Assembly: GCA_028694375.1 (NCBI GenBank)
Contig: JAQUTN010000002.1
Location: forward strand, 139-64,138
Direction: 5' to 3'
DNA from: Bacteroidales bacterium
GTDB taxonomy: Bacteria; Bacteroidota; Bacteroidia; Bacteroidales; UBA1402
DNA length: 64,000 bases
Shown: in pieces, positions 17,200 through 26,646 of the stretch
Numbering within the stretch: the first letter of the stretch is position 1
Layout: each line of letters starts with the position of its first letter
The notes under the pieces: generated by a model
Told to the model about the DNA's origin: nothing
The model's database searches: none
The model's input: the letters and a program-made list of their open reading frames with translations, nothing else
Position numbers and translations under genes: made by a program

Positions 17200-17958
17200 T
17201 TATTTGTCTTTTAAATCACCTAAGGGGAAAAAGGGAAACATATTTTCGACCATCCATCGGTTGGCTTGCACAGGACTCATTTTCCAGCCCGAATTACAGG
17301 TAGAAACAACCTCGACTATGCTGGTACCTTTGCCCTCCATGGAATTCTCAAAGGCTTTGCGGATGGCTTTTTTGGTTTTCTTGACTGCAACGGCCGTATG
17401 GACACTTTGACGGGTTACGTAACAGGTACCTTCGAGTTCAGCCAGCAAGTTGGTGATTTTGAGTGGATAACCGTTTAAGGCTACGTTTCTTCCGTAAGGA
17501 CAAGTGGAAGTCTTCATGGCGTTCAGGGTGGTGGGGGCCATTTGCCCGCCGGTCATTCCATAAATTCCATTGTTGATGAAAATGATGGCAATGTTTTCGC
17601 CCCTGTTGCAGGCATGGATGGTTTCGGCGGTACCAATGGCGGCCAGATCGCCGTCTCCCTGGTAGGTGAACACCAGTTTGTCGGGGCGCAGACGCTTCAT
17701 GGCAGTGGCCAAAGCAGGCGCTCTGCCGTGAGCTGATTCAGCAAAATCCACATCGATGTATTTGTAAATGAAGACTGCGCAACCCACCGGAGCCACACCC
17801 ATGGCTTTATCTTCCATGCCCATTTCCTCAATTACTTCGGCTATAATGTGATGTACAGTGCCGTGGCTGCAGCCGGGACAATAATGCATCACATTATCCT
17901 TGATTAGTTTTGATTTTTCGTACACCAGGTTTTCGGGTGCAATTATGGGATTGTTCAT
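17200..17958 (-). CDS. 2-oxoacid:ferredoxin oxidoreductase beta (TPP-binding) subunit
   Basis: ORF 17200-18033, start moved to ATG 17958 (MNNPIIAPENLVY). CPGCSHG and GDGDLAAIG TPP motifs. Confidence 0.85.
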   Translation of the reverse strand: MNNPIIAPENLVYEKSKLIKDNVMHYCPGCSHGTVHHIIAEVIEEMGMEDKAMGVAPVGCAVFIYKYIDVDFAESAHGRAPALATAMKRLRPDKLVFTYQGDGDLAAIGTAETIHACNRGENIAIIFINNGIYGMTGGQMAPTTLNAMKTSTCPYGRNVALNGYPLKITNLLAELEGTCYVTRQSVHTAVAVKKTKKAIRKAFENSMEGKGTSIVEVVSTCNSGWKMSPVQANRWMVENMFPFFPLGDLKDK

Positions 17959-17959
17959 A

Positions 17960-18130
17960 TTATTTCTTTTTTCGTATACGTAAAATGATTTCAGCCAGTT
18001 TGCAAAGCACTGCCGCAATACCGGAGGCGGCAAACCAGAAAAACAGACCGGAAAAATAACAGACTATGGATACAACTGCCAGCATAATGGCCAGAATGGA
18101 CAAAGTGTATTTTAAGCCTTGCAAATCCAT
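17960..18130 (-). CDS. 56-aa hydrophobic membrane protein embedded in the oxidoreductase operon
   Basis: MDLQGLKYTLSILAIMLAVVSIVCYFSGLFFWFAASGIAAVLCKLAEIILRIRKKK. ATG 18130 lies 1 nt after the alpha-subunit stop (TGAtATG), and its own stop lies 1 nt before the beta-subunit ATG (TAAtATG). The ORF-track version (to 18160) uses a TTG inside the alpha gene. Confidence 0.55.
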   Translation of the reverse strand: MDLQGLKYTLSILAIMLAVVSIVCYFSGLFFWFAASGIAAVLCKLAEIILRIRKKK

Positions 18131-18131
18131 A

Positions 18132-19205
18132 TCAGAAGTTTTTTTTGAGCGCTTCAACAATTTCTTCGGGAGCCGGCACTATACCACCCATACGACCATA
18201 ATGACTGACCGGAACTTTTCCTTCAACTGCCAGGCGGACGTCTTCGACCATTTGGCCGGCGTTCAACTCGACGGTCAAAATAGAACGAACCTGGCGACAA
18301 TAGCCTTCGATGGCTTTGTAGGGGAAAGGCCACAAAGTGATGGGACGCAGCAGCCCTGCTTTAATCCCCTGTTCACGTAAAAGCTCTACCGATTTTTGAC
18401 AAATCCGGGCAGCACAACCAAAGGCAACGATCAGAAATTCGGCATCGTCACACATAAAGGTATCGTAACGAACTTCGGCAGCTTCTACCTTGCGATAGCG
18501 TTCGTGGCGTTCCAGATTCCTTTTTTCCATTATGGCCGGATCCAGTTCTAGAGAACTGATGATGTTTTGCGGGCGCTTGTTGGTTCTTCCGCTCAGAGAC
18601 CAGGGACATTTAGCGGCAATCTCTTCGTCCGTGGCACGAGGCTTGAAAGCAGGTAACCTGAGTTTTTCCATCATTTGTCCTATAACGCCGTCCGTCAAAA
18701 TAAGAGCGGGGATGCGGTATTTAAAAGATAAATCAAAGCCCAGGTCCACAAAATCGGCCATCTCCTGCACAGAGTTGGGGGCAAGTACTATGAGGTGATA
18801 GTCTCCATGTCCACCGCCTTTGGTTGACTGAAAATAATCCGACTGGCTGGGTTGAATGGTGCCAAGGCCCGGGCCTCCGCGCATTACATTTACAATCAGA
18901 CAAGGTAAATCGGCTCCGCACAGATAGGATATGCCTTCTTGTTTGAGGCTGACACCGGGACTGGACGAAGAAGTCATCACTTTTTTGCCACAGGAAGCAC
19001 CTCCAAATACCATATTAATGGCGGCCACTTCGCTTTCGGCCTGGAGACAAACCATTCCTGTGCTATCCCAGGGCTGTTCTTCCATGAGTGTTTCCAAAAT
19101 TTCGGACTGGGGAGTGATAGGATAACCAAAGTATCCGTCACATCCGCAACGTATTGCTGCATGTGCAATGGCTTCGTTGCCTTTCATCAAATGTATATCT
19201 TCCAT
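18132..19205 (-). CDS. 2-oxoacid:ferredoxin oxidoreductase alpha subunit
   Basis: ORF-track start 19211 is TTG; ATG 19205 gives MEDIHLMKGNEAIAHAAIRCGCDGYFGYPITPQSE. Confidence 0.85.
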   Translation of the reverse strand: MEDIHLMKGNEAIAHAAIRCGCDGYFGYPITPQSEILETLMEEQPWDSTGMVCLQAESEVAAINMVFGGASCGKKVMTSSSSPGVSLKQEGISYLCGADLPCLIVNVMRGGPGLGTIQPSQSDYFQSTKGGGHGDYHLIVLAPNSVQEMADFVDLGFDLSFKYRIPALILTDGVIGQMMEKLRLPAFKPRATDEEIAAKCPWSLSGRTNKRPQNIISSLELDPAIMEKRNLERHERYRKVEAAEVRYDTFMCDDAEFLIVAFGCAARICQKSVELLREQGIKAGLLRPITLWPFPYKAIEGYCRQVRSILTVELNAGQMVEDVRLAVEGKVPVSHYGRMGGIVPAPEEIVEALKKNF

Positions 19206-19207
19206 AA

Positions 19208-19432
19208 TCAAAGTTTTATTTTATAGACCTTGATGCAACCATCCGGACAAACATAGGCGCAATTTGCACAGCCTATACAGGCATCGGGTTGAGCCATATA
19301 AGCATAATTATATCCTTTTTCGTTCACATCTTTTGCCAGTGCCAGCACTTGGGAGGGACAGGCGTCAACACACACCTCACAACCTTTGCATCGGTTGATA
19401 TCCACCAACACTGCCCCTTTTATTTTTGCCAT
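19208..19432 (-). CDS. 4Fe-4S dicluster ferredoxin (delta subunit)
   Basis: 74 aa with two CxxCxxCxxxCP motifs (CKGCEVCVDACP, CIGCANCAYVCP). Confidence 0.85.
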   Translation of the reverse strand: MAKIKGAVLVDINRCKGCEVCVDACPSQVLALAKDVNEKGYNYAYMAQPDACIGCANCAYVCPDGCIKVYKIKL

Positions 19433-19485
19433 AACATATTGGTTAATAAGATTAATACCTAAAACATCCTTACATTGGAGGGCTA

Positions 19486-19493
19486 CAAAGGTA
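19486..19493 (-). promoter_or_regulatory. candidate -7 box (TACCTTTG) for the oxidoreductase operon
   Basis: The minus strand reads catTACCTTTGtagcc, 54 nt upstream of ATG 19432. Confidence 0.45.
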
Positions 19494-19518
19494 ATGAAAT
19501 ATTTTTACAGAAGAATGA

Positions 19519-20337
19519 TCAGAGCTTTTCTGACCAGTAGTAGCAATCGGGAAAAGCATCCTGCAGATCACATTCAGCCCTGAATAAGCCAAAGATAGAC
19601 GATCCACTGCCCGACATGGAGGCATAGAGGGCTCCTGCCTCATAAAGAGCTTGTTTCATTAGGGCCAGGTCCGGATTATGGGCAAACACTGTTTTTTCAA
19701 AATCATTAACCAGGCAGTCTTTCCAGTTTTCGGGCGGAAGACAGATGCAATCACTGATTGCAAATTGAGGTATTGCCGGTTTTATACCGGCGTAGGCTTC
19801 GCGGGTAGAGACCTGAATGTTTTTCGGAATCAACAGGATTAAAAAAAATCCTTTTAGTGACAAATCTACTGCCTGAAAACGATCTCCCTTATCGTAAGCC
19901 AATAAAGCCCGATTTTGCACGAAAAAGGCACAATCGGCCCCTAATATTGCGGCGTATTGTTCCAGTTGGGTTGCTGTAAGTCCCAGTTTCTGGCTGTCGT
20001 TGAGCAGTTTTAGCATAAAAGCGGCATCCGAAGAGCCTCCGCCCAATCCTGATCCGGCCGGAATGGATTTATGCAGCAATATTTCTACAGGCTCGAGGGG
20101 AAAGTCCTTTTGTAACAGCCGGTATGCTTTGATCACCAGATTGTCCATGGCATTTCCTTCGACAGGAATTCCACTCAGCTGTATACTTGGATCATTAGCC
20201 GTATGGAGCGGTACGCACTCAAGTATATCTTTAAGTCCTATGGGATAAAAAAGAGTTTCGATGTTATGGTAATTATCAGAGCGCTTTTCCAGAACATGCA
20301 GCCCCAGATTAATTTTGGCGTTGGGAAAACAAATCAT
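19519..20337 (-). CDS. ispE: 4-diphosphocytidyl-2-C-methyl-D-erythritol kinase
   Basis: Start moved to ATG 20337 (MICFPNAKINLGLHV). GHMP-kinase motif PAGSGLGGGSSDAA. Confidence 0.85.
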   Translation of the reverse strand: MICFPNAKINLGLHVLEKRSDNYHNIETLFYPIGLKDILECVPLHTANDPSIQLSGIPVEGNAMDNLVIKAYRLLQKDFPLEPVEILLHKSIPAGSGLGGGSSDAAFMLKLLNDSQKLGLTATQLEQYAAILGADCAFFVQNRALLAYDKGDRFQAVDLSLKGFFLILLIPKNIQVSTREAYAGIKPAIPQFAISDCICLPPENWKDCLVNDFEKTVFAHNPDLALMKQALYEAGALYASMSGSGSSIFGLFRAECDLQDAFPDCYYWSEKL

Positions 20338-20481
20338 AATCAAAAATGGATTGAATTGCAAAAATAAACAGATTAAGTGATTTTGCAATCTGCTCAGTAG
20401 GGATTGCCGTTAAAAGAATGTTGATAAGTAAATTTGGGTATCAGGCATTTCTTCTGTACTTTTGAAAGCATCAAATTCAAA

Positions 20482-22014
20482 ATGATGGACAAACCCACTA
20501 CCAACCGTAAAAAAACCCCTGCAGTTGTTGCAGACATAGGTCGGCTTCAACCTCAGGCTCTTGAACTTGAAGAAGCAGTTTTAGGTGCTTTGATGCTCGA
20601 AAAAGATGCTTTTTCGGAAGTGAGTGAGATTTTAAATTTGGATTGCTTTTATGAACCCCGGCATAAACATATTTTCAAGGCGATACAACAATTAGCCATT
20701 AAGCAAAGACCGATTGATATCCTGACTGTTCAAGAACAACTCAAACAAGAAGGGGTGTTGGATGAAGTGGGGGGAGCCTATTTTTTGGCAGAACTCAGTT
20801 CTAAAGTTGTATCTACTGCCCATTTGGAATACCATGCCCGCATCGTTGCCCAAAAACACCTGGCCAGGGCTTTGATAAGCTACACTTCCGAGATACAGGG
20901 AGATGCCTACGACGAAGCCATGGATGTGGATGAGTTGATGCAAAAAGCAGAAGCACAATTGTTTAAGCTCTCCCAACAAAATCTAAAAAAAGACGTAATT
21001 CAAATTAATCCTGTTATTGACGAAGCCTTAAACATTCTCAACCTGGCTGCCAAAAGAGAAGATGGTCTGAGCGGTATAGAATCGGGCTTTCATGCTTTGG
21101 ACAAGATTACTTCTGGCTGGCAGAATTCCGATTTAATTATTATTGCAGCCAGGCCTGCCATGGGCAAGACCGCTCTGGCTCTTTCGATGATAAGGAACAT
21201 GGCTGTGGACAATAAGCAGTCTGTGGCCATCTTTTCGATGGAAATGTCCAATGTTCAGCTGGTTAATCGTTTGATTGTCAATGTTTGTGAAATTGAAGCG
21301 GAAAAAATAAAGAGCGGTCGTTTACAGGATTTTGAATGGTATCAACTGGACCAGAAAATTAAAGAACTCTACGATGCTCCCATTTTTATTGACGATACAC
21401 CGAGTCTTTCCGTTTTTGAATTTGCCACCAAAGCCAGAAAATTGGTGAGGGAACATCAGATCAAACTGATTATGATTGACTACCTGCAATTAATGAATGC
21501 CACTGCTAAGGGTATTAAGTACGGTAACAGGCAGGAAGAAGTCATGACCATTTCCCGTTCACTAAAAGCCTTGTCCAAGGAGTTGAACATACCGATTATT
21601 GCGTTGTCTCAGGTGAATCGAGCTTCTACCAACCGCACTGGAGCCATGGGTGTTCCTGTAAATGAAGCCAAAAGGCCTCAATTGTCTGATTTGCGGGAAT
21701 CGGGAGCCATCGAGCAGGATGCCGACTTGGTTATTTTTATACACCGGCCGGAATATTATCGGATACTGGAAGACGAAAACCAAAACAGCCTGGTGGGCAT
21801 TGCCGAACTTATCATTGCCAAGCACAGAAACGGAGCCACCGGAGATATTCGGCTGCGATTCAGAAGCAATTTTGCCAAATTCAGCAACCTCGAAGACGAT
21901 GCCTTCTTCAGTGGCGAGGATCAGCCCATCATTAGTTCCAGGGCCAATTACCAAGCCGGAGATGATTTTGACTTTGGTGCAGAAAGCTACAGCAGCGCAG
22001 ACAAAGTTTTTTGA
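20482..22014 (+). CDS. dnaB: replicative DNA helicase
   Basis: Start moved to ATG 20482 (MMDKPTT). PQALELEEAVLGALM, Walker A ARPAMGKTA, and SQVNR...ESGAIEQDAD blocks. Confidence 0.95.
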   Translation: MMDKPTTNRKKTPAVVADIGRLQPQALELEEAVLGALMLEKDAFSEVSEILNLDCFYEPRHKHIFKAIQQLAIKQRPIDILTVQEQLKQEGVLDEVGGAYFLAELSSKVVSTAHLEYHARIVAQKHLARALISYTSEIQGDAYDEAMDVDELMQKAEAQLFKLSQQNLKKDVIQINPVIDEALNILNLAAKREDGLSGIESGFHALDKITSGWQNSDLIIIAARPAMGKTALALSMIRNMAVDNKQSVAIFSMEMSNVQLVNRLIVNVCEIEAEKIKSGRLQDFEWYQLDQKIKELYDAPIFIDDTPSLSVFEFATKARKLVREHQIKLIMIDYLQLMNATAKGIKYGNRQEEVMTISRSLKALSKELNIPIIALSQVNRASTNRTGAMGVPVNEAKRPQLSDLRESGAIEQDADLVIFIHRPEYYRILEDENQNSLVGIAELIIAKHRNGATGDIRLRFRSNFAKFSNLEDDAFFSGEDQPIISSRANYQAGDDFDFGAESYSSADKVF

Positions 22015-22065
22015 ACACAAATCAAAAAATTAGGTATAAAAATTGTACAGATCAATATTTAAATG

Positions 22066-22073
22066 TACTTTTG
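22066..22073 (+). promoter_or_regulatory. candidate -7 box (TACTTTTG) for tRNA-Arg
   Basis: aaatgTACTTTTGtgc, 16 nt upstream of the tRNA 5' end. A TTG at 22043-22045 lies 20 nt upstream as a degenerate -33 element. Confidence 0.5.
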
Positions 22074-22088
22074 TGCCCGTTAAAAAAA

Positions 22089-22165
22089 GGCCCCGTAGCT
22101 TAATTGAATAGAGCATCTGACTACGGATCAGAAGGTTACAGGTTTGAATCCTGTCGGGGTCACCA
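22089..22165 (+). tRNA. tRNA-Arg (anticodon ACG), CCA encoded
   Basis: Hand-folded cloverleaf: acceptor GGCCCCG/CGGGGTC, D arm GCTT-AATTGAATA-GAGC, anticodon arm TCTGA-CTACGGA-TCAGA, T arm ACAGG-TTTGAAT-CCTGT, then ACCA. Confidence 0.85.
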
Positions 22166-22237
22166 ATTACCACAACAACATAAGGCTATCAGGCAGTAAA
22201 TCAGCTTGGTGGCTTTTTTGTTGGTATATCTTTGCCC

Positions 22238-22262
22238 AACATTTGTCCCCTAAATGTTTTTT
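22238..22262 (+). terminator. weak AT-rich hairpin plus T-run downstream of tRNA-Arg
   Basis: aacattt (22238-22244), gtcccct, aaatgtt (22252-22258), followed by tttt. Confidence 0.3.
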
Positions 22263-22298
22263 ACAATATTCGGGGCATTCTTTCGGGCTTCTAATTTT

Positions 22299-24605
22299 CT
22301 ATTCCACCAGACGTTTATTAAACATCAGGAAACCAATGTTGATACCGGCATTCCAGTTGTTTTTGGGATAACTCAGGTAATTGGCAAACAGACTCATGGA
22401 TACAAAAGGCTGATGAAACACCAGGGATATCTCTCCAAGGAATTGTGTGTTCGAGAGTGAACGGCTAATCATAGTCTGTTGATTGGGTCCCCGTTTAATA
22501 GCATCCAGGGGCATAAAGCTGTAAAATTCAGATCTCAGGTGCAGAAAAGGACGTATAGTCCATATGGGCATCAGTCCAAGGGCAGCGTATTTGTTGGAAC
22601 GAAAAGCTTCGTTGAAAGTACTCATGGTATAGGGGGTAGGTTTAAAAGCCGGTGCCTGTATGATACTGGCAGTGTAATTATCCAGAGATCTTTTATTGTT
22701 GTAAACAGCATTAATCAGGCAGCCCAGTGTAATATTTTTATTAAAATTAAAATAACTTTCATAGGCAGCAGCAGCCTGGAAATAGCCCAGATTTTCACCT
22801 TCCTTGAAGCGGTTGCCCACCGAATCGGGGTAAGAATAGGATTCTTTACCCAACAGGTATTGGCCTAAGAGATAGTAATGACTGCCTCCTGTGGGATATT
22901 GCCTGTGGTTTAAATTGTTTTTCTCCAGTCGAAGAGAAAAATTTGACAGATCGTAGTAGCTGCGGTCAAAGTTGGCTTGAGTGATGTTGCTTAGGTAAGA
23001 TTGCATATACCAATCGCTGATTCTTCCTACAGAATAACCTATTTCAAATTTAGCCTGATCAAAAGCCGGCAGTCCGTAACGTAGTCTGAACAGGATTTCT
23101 CTTTCCTGGATAAAGGCGGGGCTCAACTCTTCGTAAAATAATTTTTCTCCTTCGTAAAACTTAAAACTGCTCACCGAAAGGCTGGCCTGCAGATAACTGG
23201 GAATTTTGCCCACCATATCCCAGCGAGTGTTTAATCTCAGAGCGTTGTGAATACTGCCAACGTAGGCGTCGGCCGAATAATAGGTGGCCACTTTCCCGAA
23301 ACGTTGGTAACCTATACGTGCATATAAAAGATTAGAGGTAGTAGAAGAGATGTTTCCGCCTAAGGCAAATACCAGGTTTTCTTCGGTTTTAATATCCAGT
23401 CTAAGTCTGAACATCTCATTGTCCTGATTGTAAGTGACTTTGGGAATGATCTGTGATATTCTGGTATCGGTAATCAGGGCATAATAGGCTTTGCGGAATT
23501 CTTTGAGTGTGAATCGGCGACCCTTGTCGTAGCCTATCATTTTGCGTACGTATTCTTCTTGTTGGTCGTTGAGCCCGTTGACTTCGAGTTCGTAAAAAAC
23601 CAGTTCGGGAACATTGGCTTTGAAAGCCTTTCTTCTTTGAGCCAGCGAATCAGGATGCTCTCTACGAATGATTTTGTTTTTGATGGAATCAATCATGGAA
23701 ATGCCCAAAGCGTAGCCTTTTTGATAGGTTTCCATGGCTTTATTAAAATCCATCAGGGATACATCTTTCAACTCAAACTTAAATTGAATAAACTCATCGG
23801 GAGAAAGTTCAAATTTGTTGGGTTGAATTATAATATGCTCAATTTGAGAAAAAACATCGTTTTCGTCGGGTTTGCTGTTTACTACTGACACATTACTACC
23901 AATGATAAAATCCGGCCCAAAATCATTTTGCATAAGCTCCACCGGATAATTGTCGTAGATGCCTCCGTCGAGCAAAAGCATGGTGTCGATACTAACTGCA
24001 TTGAAAACCATGGGAAAACTCATAGATGCACGCACGGCATCTTCCAGCCGGCCTTTTCTGAAAACTATGGCTTGCTTGCTGTGAACATCGGCTGCAACGC
24101 AACGAAAAGGAATAAACAAACGGTTGAAATCACCTCTGCATAAGGCTGTATACTGACTAAATACCTGCACGAAAGCATAATTAAGCTGGCTGGCATTCAC
24201 CAGGCTGCTAGGTAGGACCAAAGATCCGGGATTGGACAAGAGGCTGTCGCTCAGAGAAAGATAGGTGGAAAAGAATTCTGGGCTTTGATCTCCTTTTCTG
24301 AAATAGTCTATGTCGTCTGTTTGTATGGTACCGGTAGACCAGTAGGTAAAATCTTCCGACAAAAACATGGCCATCATTTCGTCAGGCGATAAGCCGATCG
24401 CGTAGAGGCTGCCCACTATGGCCCCGATCGAAGTACCTGTGACATAGTCAATGGGAATCTGGTTCTCTTCAAGAGCCTGAATCAGGCCCACATGCGCCAG
24501 GCCTTTGGCTCCGCCACCGCTTAATACAAGGCCAACGCGCTGAGCCTGGGTATAAAAAACCAGGCTCAGGCAGACGGCAAAAAGTATGCGGCGTTTAAAA
24601 CTCAT
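22299..24605 (-). CDS. patatin-like phospholipase fused to an Omp85/surface-antigen-type beta-barrel (type Vd/PlpD-like architecture)
   Basis: 768 aa. Signal peptide, then GLVLSGGGAKGLAHVG and the GTSIGA serine lipase motif. The C-terminal roughly 400 aa have an alternating aromatic beta-strand pattern ending GFLMFNKRLVE. Confidence 0.75.
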   Translation of the reverse strand: MSFKRRILFAVCLSLVFYTQAQRVGLVLSGGGAKGLAHVGLIQALEENQIPIDYVTGTSIGAIVGSLYAIGLSPDEMMAMFLSEDFTYWSTGTIQTDDIDYFRKGDQSPEFFSTYLSLSDSLLSNPGSLVLPSSLVNASQLNYAFVQVFSQYTALCRGDFNRLFIPFRCVAADVHSKQAIVFRKGRLEDAVRASMSFPMVFNAVSIDTMLLLDGGIYDNYPVELMQNDFGPDFIIGSNVSVVNSKPDENDVFSQIEHIIIQPNKFELSPDEFIQFKFELKDVSLMDFNKAMETYQKGYALGISMIDSIKNKIIRREHPDSLAQRRKAFKANVPELVFYELEVNGLNDQQEEYVRKMIGYDKGRRFTLKEFRKAYYALITDTRISQIIPKVTYNQDNEMFRLRLDIKTEENLVFALGGNISSTTSNLLYARIGYQRFGKVATYYSADAYVGSIHNALRLNTRWDMVGKIPSYLQASLSVSSFKFYEGEKLFYEELSPAFIQEREILFRLRYGLPAFDQAKFEIGYSVGRISDWYMQSYLSNITQANFDRSYYDLSNFSLRLEKNNLNHRQYPTGGSHYYLLGQYLLGKESYSYPDSVGNRFKEGENLGYFQAAAAYESYFNFNKNITLGCLINAVYNNKRSLDNYTASIIQAPAFKPTPYTMSTFNEAFRSNKYAALGLMPIWTIRPFLHLRSEFYSFMPLDAIKRGPNQQTMISRSLSNTQFLGEISLVFHQPFVSMSLFANYLSYPKNNWNAGINIGFLMFNKRLVE

Positions 24606-24660
24606 TTATTATCGCAGATTTGGTAACACAGAATTATCAAAAATACGATAATTATTCTAT

Positions 24661-26514
24661 TTATATCAGCTCGCAACTCCTTTTAACGAATTTTATAAGC
24701 GATTCACCCTTAAGCATACCATTACTCAGGAGAGCAAGGTCAATCAATTGATTGACAGCATTTTTATTTTTTTCGTCAAGTTCTTTCCCTATCAAGGCTT
24801 TAATCAATTTATGCTCGGTATTCAAGACCATACTGTAACTTACCGGCATTTCGCCGTAAAAACTCATACCTGGTTGCAGGCTCGACATGTCCTGCATCCT
24901 ACGCATAAATTCGTTTTGTGTCAGCACAATAGGCAGGCTGTTTTCGCCCAGGCTGTCCAGTTGAAGCTCGAAATGTACTTTATCTATCAGGGGCAATTGT
25001 TCAGTAAACAATTTTTTCAGACTATCTTGTTCTTCTTCGCTCAGCTTAAGTTGTTCTTTGTCTTTTTTGCGGATCAGATTTTCGATGACATCACTATCTA
25101 CACGAACAAAACGCGATTTTTCGAATTTTTGTTCCAGGTGTTGCATCAGAGGCACATCCAGTTCTCCGTCCATGAATAAAACATCGTAACCGGCATTCCT
25201 GGCTGTTTCAATATAAGCGTACTGAGTTTCTTTGTCGCTGGTATACAAATAAACAAGCTGTCCGTCTTTGTCGGTTTGCTCTTCTTTGATCAAGGTTTTG
25301 TATTCTTCGAATGTAAAATACTTGCCGTCAACATTTTGCAACAGACTGAATTCTTTGGCATAGTCCCAGAATTTTTCTTCCGTCAGAATGCCGTATTGTA
25401 TAAAGATTTTCAGGTGATTCCATTTTTCCTCAAATTGTTTGCGTTCGTCCTTGAAAATCTTTTTCAGGCGATCTCCTACTTTTTTGGTAATGTGATTGGA
25501 AATCTTTTTTACGTTATCGTCGTGTTGCAGGTATGAGCGGGAAACGTTGAGAGGTATATCAGGCGAATCGATGACTCCGTGCAATAAGGTAAGAAAGTTA
25601 GGCACGATGCCTTCTACAGAATCGGTCACATAAACCTGGTTACAATACAACTGAATTTTGTTTTTCTGAATTTCGATGCTGTTTTTGATTTTCGGAAAAT
25701 ACAAAATACCGGTCAGATGAAAAGGATAATCCACGTTCAAGTGAATGTGAAATAATGGATCTTCGGCGAAAGGGTAGAGGTCTTTATAAAATTTCAGGTA
25801 ATCCTCTTCTTTGAGTTCATTGGGTTTCCTGGTCCAGGCGGGTTGGGTATCGTTTATTTGATTGTCCTGATCTGTTTCCTGGTATTTTTCTTCTTTCCAT
25901 TCTTTCTTTTTCCCGAAGACTATGGGTATTGGCAGGAATTTGCAGTATTTATTGAGCAGCTCGCTTATTTTTTCTTCTTTCAGGTAGTCTTTATTATCAA
26001 TATGCAGGATAATATCGGTGCCACGGCTGTCTTTTTCGATTTCTTCCAGTTTATATTCGGGCGATCCGTCGCAGCTCCAGCGCACTGCCTGTGAGCCTTC
26101 TTTCCATGATTTGGTTACAATCTCCACACGGCTCGACACCATAAAGGTGGAATAAAAACCTAAACCGAAGTGCCCGATGATGGCATTGGCGTCGTTTTTG
26201 TATTTTTCAAGGAATTCCTCTGCTCCTGAAAAGGCAATTTGGTTGATGTACTTGTCAATTTCTTCTGCTGTCATGCCAATTCCCCGGTCGGAAATAGTCA
26301 AGGTTTTGTTTTTGCTGTTCAAGGCTACACAAATGGATAAATCTCCGAGCTCTTCTTTTAATTCTCCCACCGAAGCCAGGGTTTTGAGTTTCTGAGTGGC
26401 ATCAACTGCATTAGAAATAACTTCGCGTAAAAAAATTTCCTGATCGCTGTACAAAAACTTTTTGATGACGGGGAAAATGTTGTCTGTAGTAACCCCGATA
26501 TGTCCTTTTTGCAT
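24661..26514 (-). CDS. htpG: molecular chaperone HtpG (Hsp90)
   Basis: 617 aa. FLRELISNA-type block (FLREVISNAVDA) and GHFGLGFYS motif. Confidence 0.9.
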   Translation of the reverse strand: MQKGHIGVTTDNIFPVIKKFLYSDQEIFLREVISNAVDATQKLKTLASVGELKEELGDLSICVALNSKNKTLTISDRGIGMTAEEIDKYINQIAFSGAEEFLEKYKNDANAIIGHFGLGFYSTFMVSSRVEIVTKSWKEGSQAVRWSCDGSPEYKLEEIEKDSRGTDIILHIDNKDYLKEEKISELLNKYCKFLPIPIVFGKKKEWKEEKYQETDQDNQINDTQPAWTRKPNELKEEDYLKFYKDLYPFAEDPLFHIHLNVDYPFHLTGILYFPKIKNSIEIQKNKIQLYCNQVYVTDSVEGIVPNFLTLLHGVIDSPDIPLNVSRSYLQHDDNVKKISNHITKKVGDRLKKIFKDERKQFEEKWNHLKIFIQYGILTEEKFWDYAKEFSLLQNVDGKYFTFEEYKTLIKEEQTDKDGQLVYLYTSDKETQYAYIETARNAGYDVLFMDGELDVPLMQHLEQKFEKSRFVRVDSDVIENLIRKKDKEQLKLSEEEQDSLKKLFTEQLPLIDKVHFELQLDSLGENSLPIVLTQNEFMRRMQDMSSLQPGMSFYGEMPVSYSMVLNTEHKLIKALIGKELDEKNKNAVNQLIDLALLSNGMLKGESLIKFVKRSCELI

Positions 26515-26646
26515 AATTTGTTATATTTAAAATACAATAAAAATGAATGAATAATGCTATTTTTAGATAAGCTTTGAACAAAAAAAATGCCAAACACCAG
26601 GGAGTGACATTTTTTGTAGAAGGCTGCAATTTTGGCAGTTGTTTAT

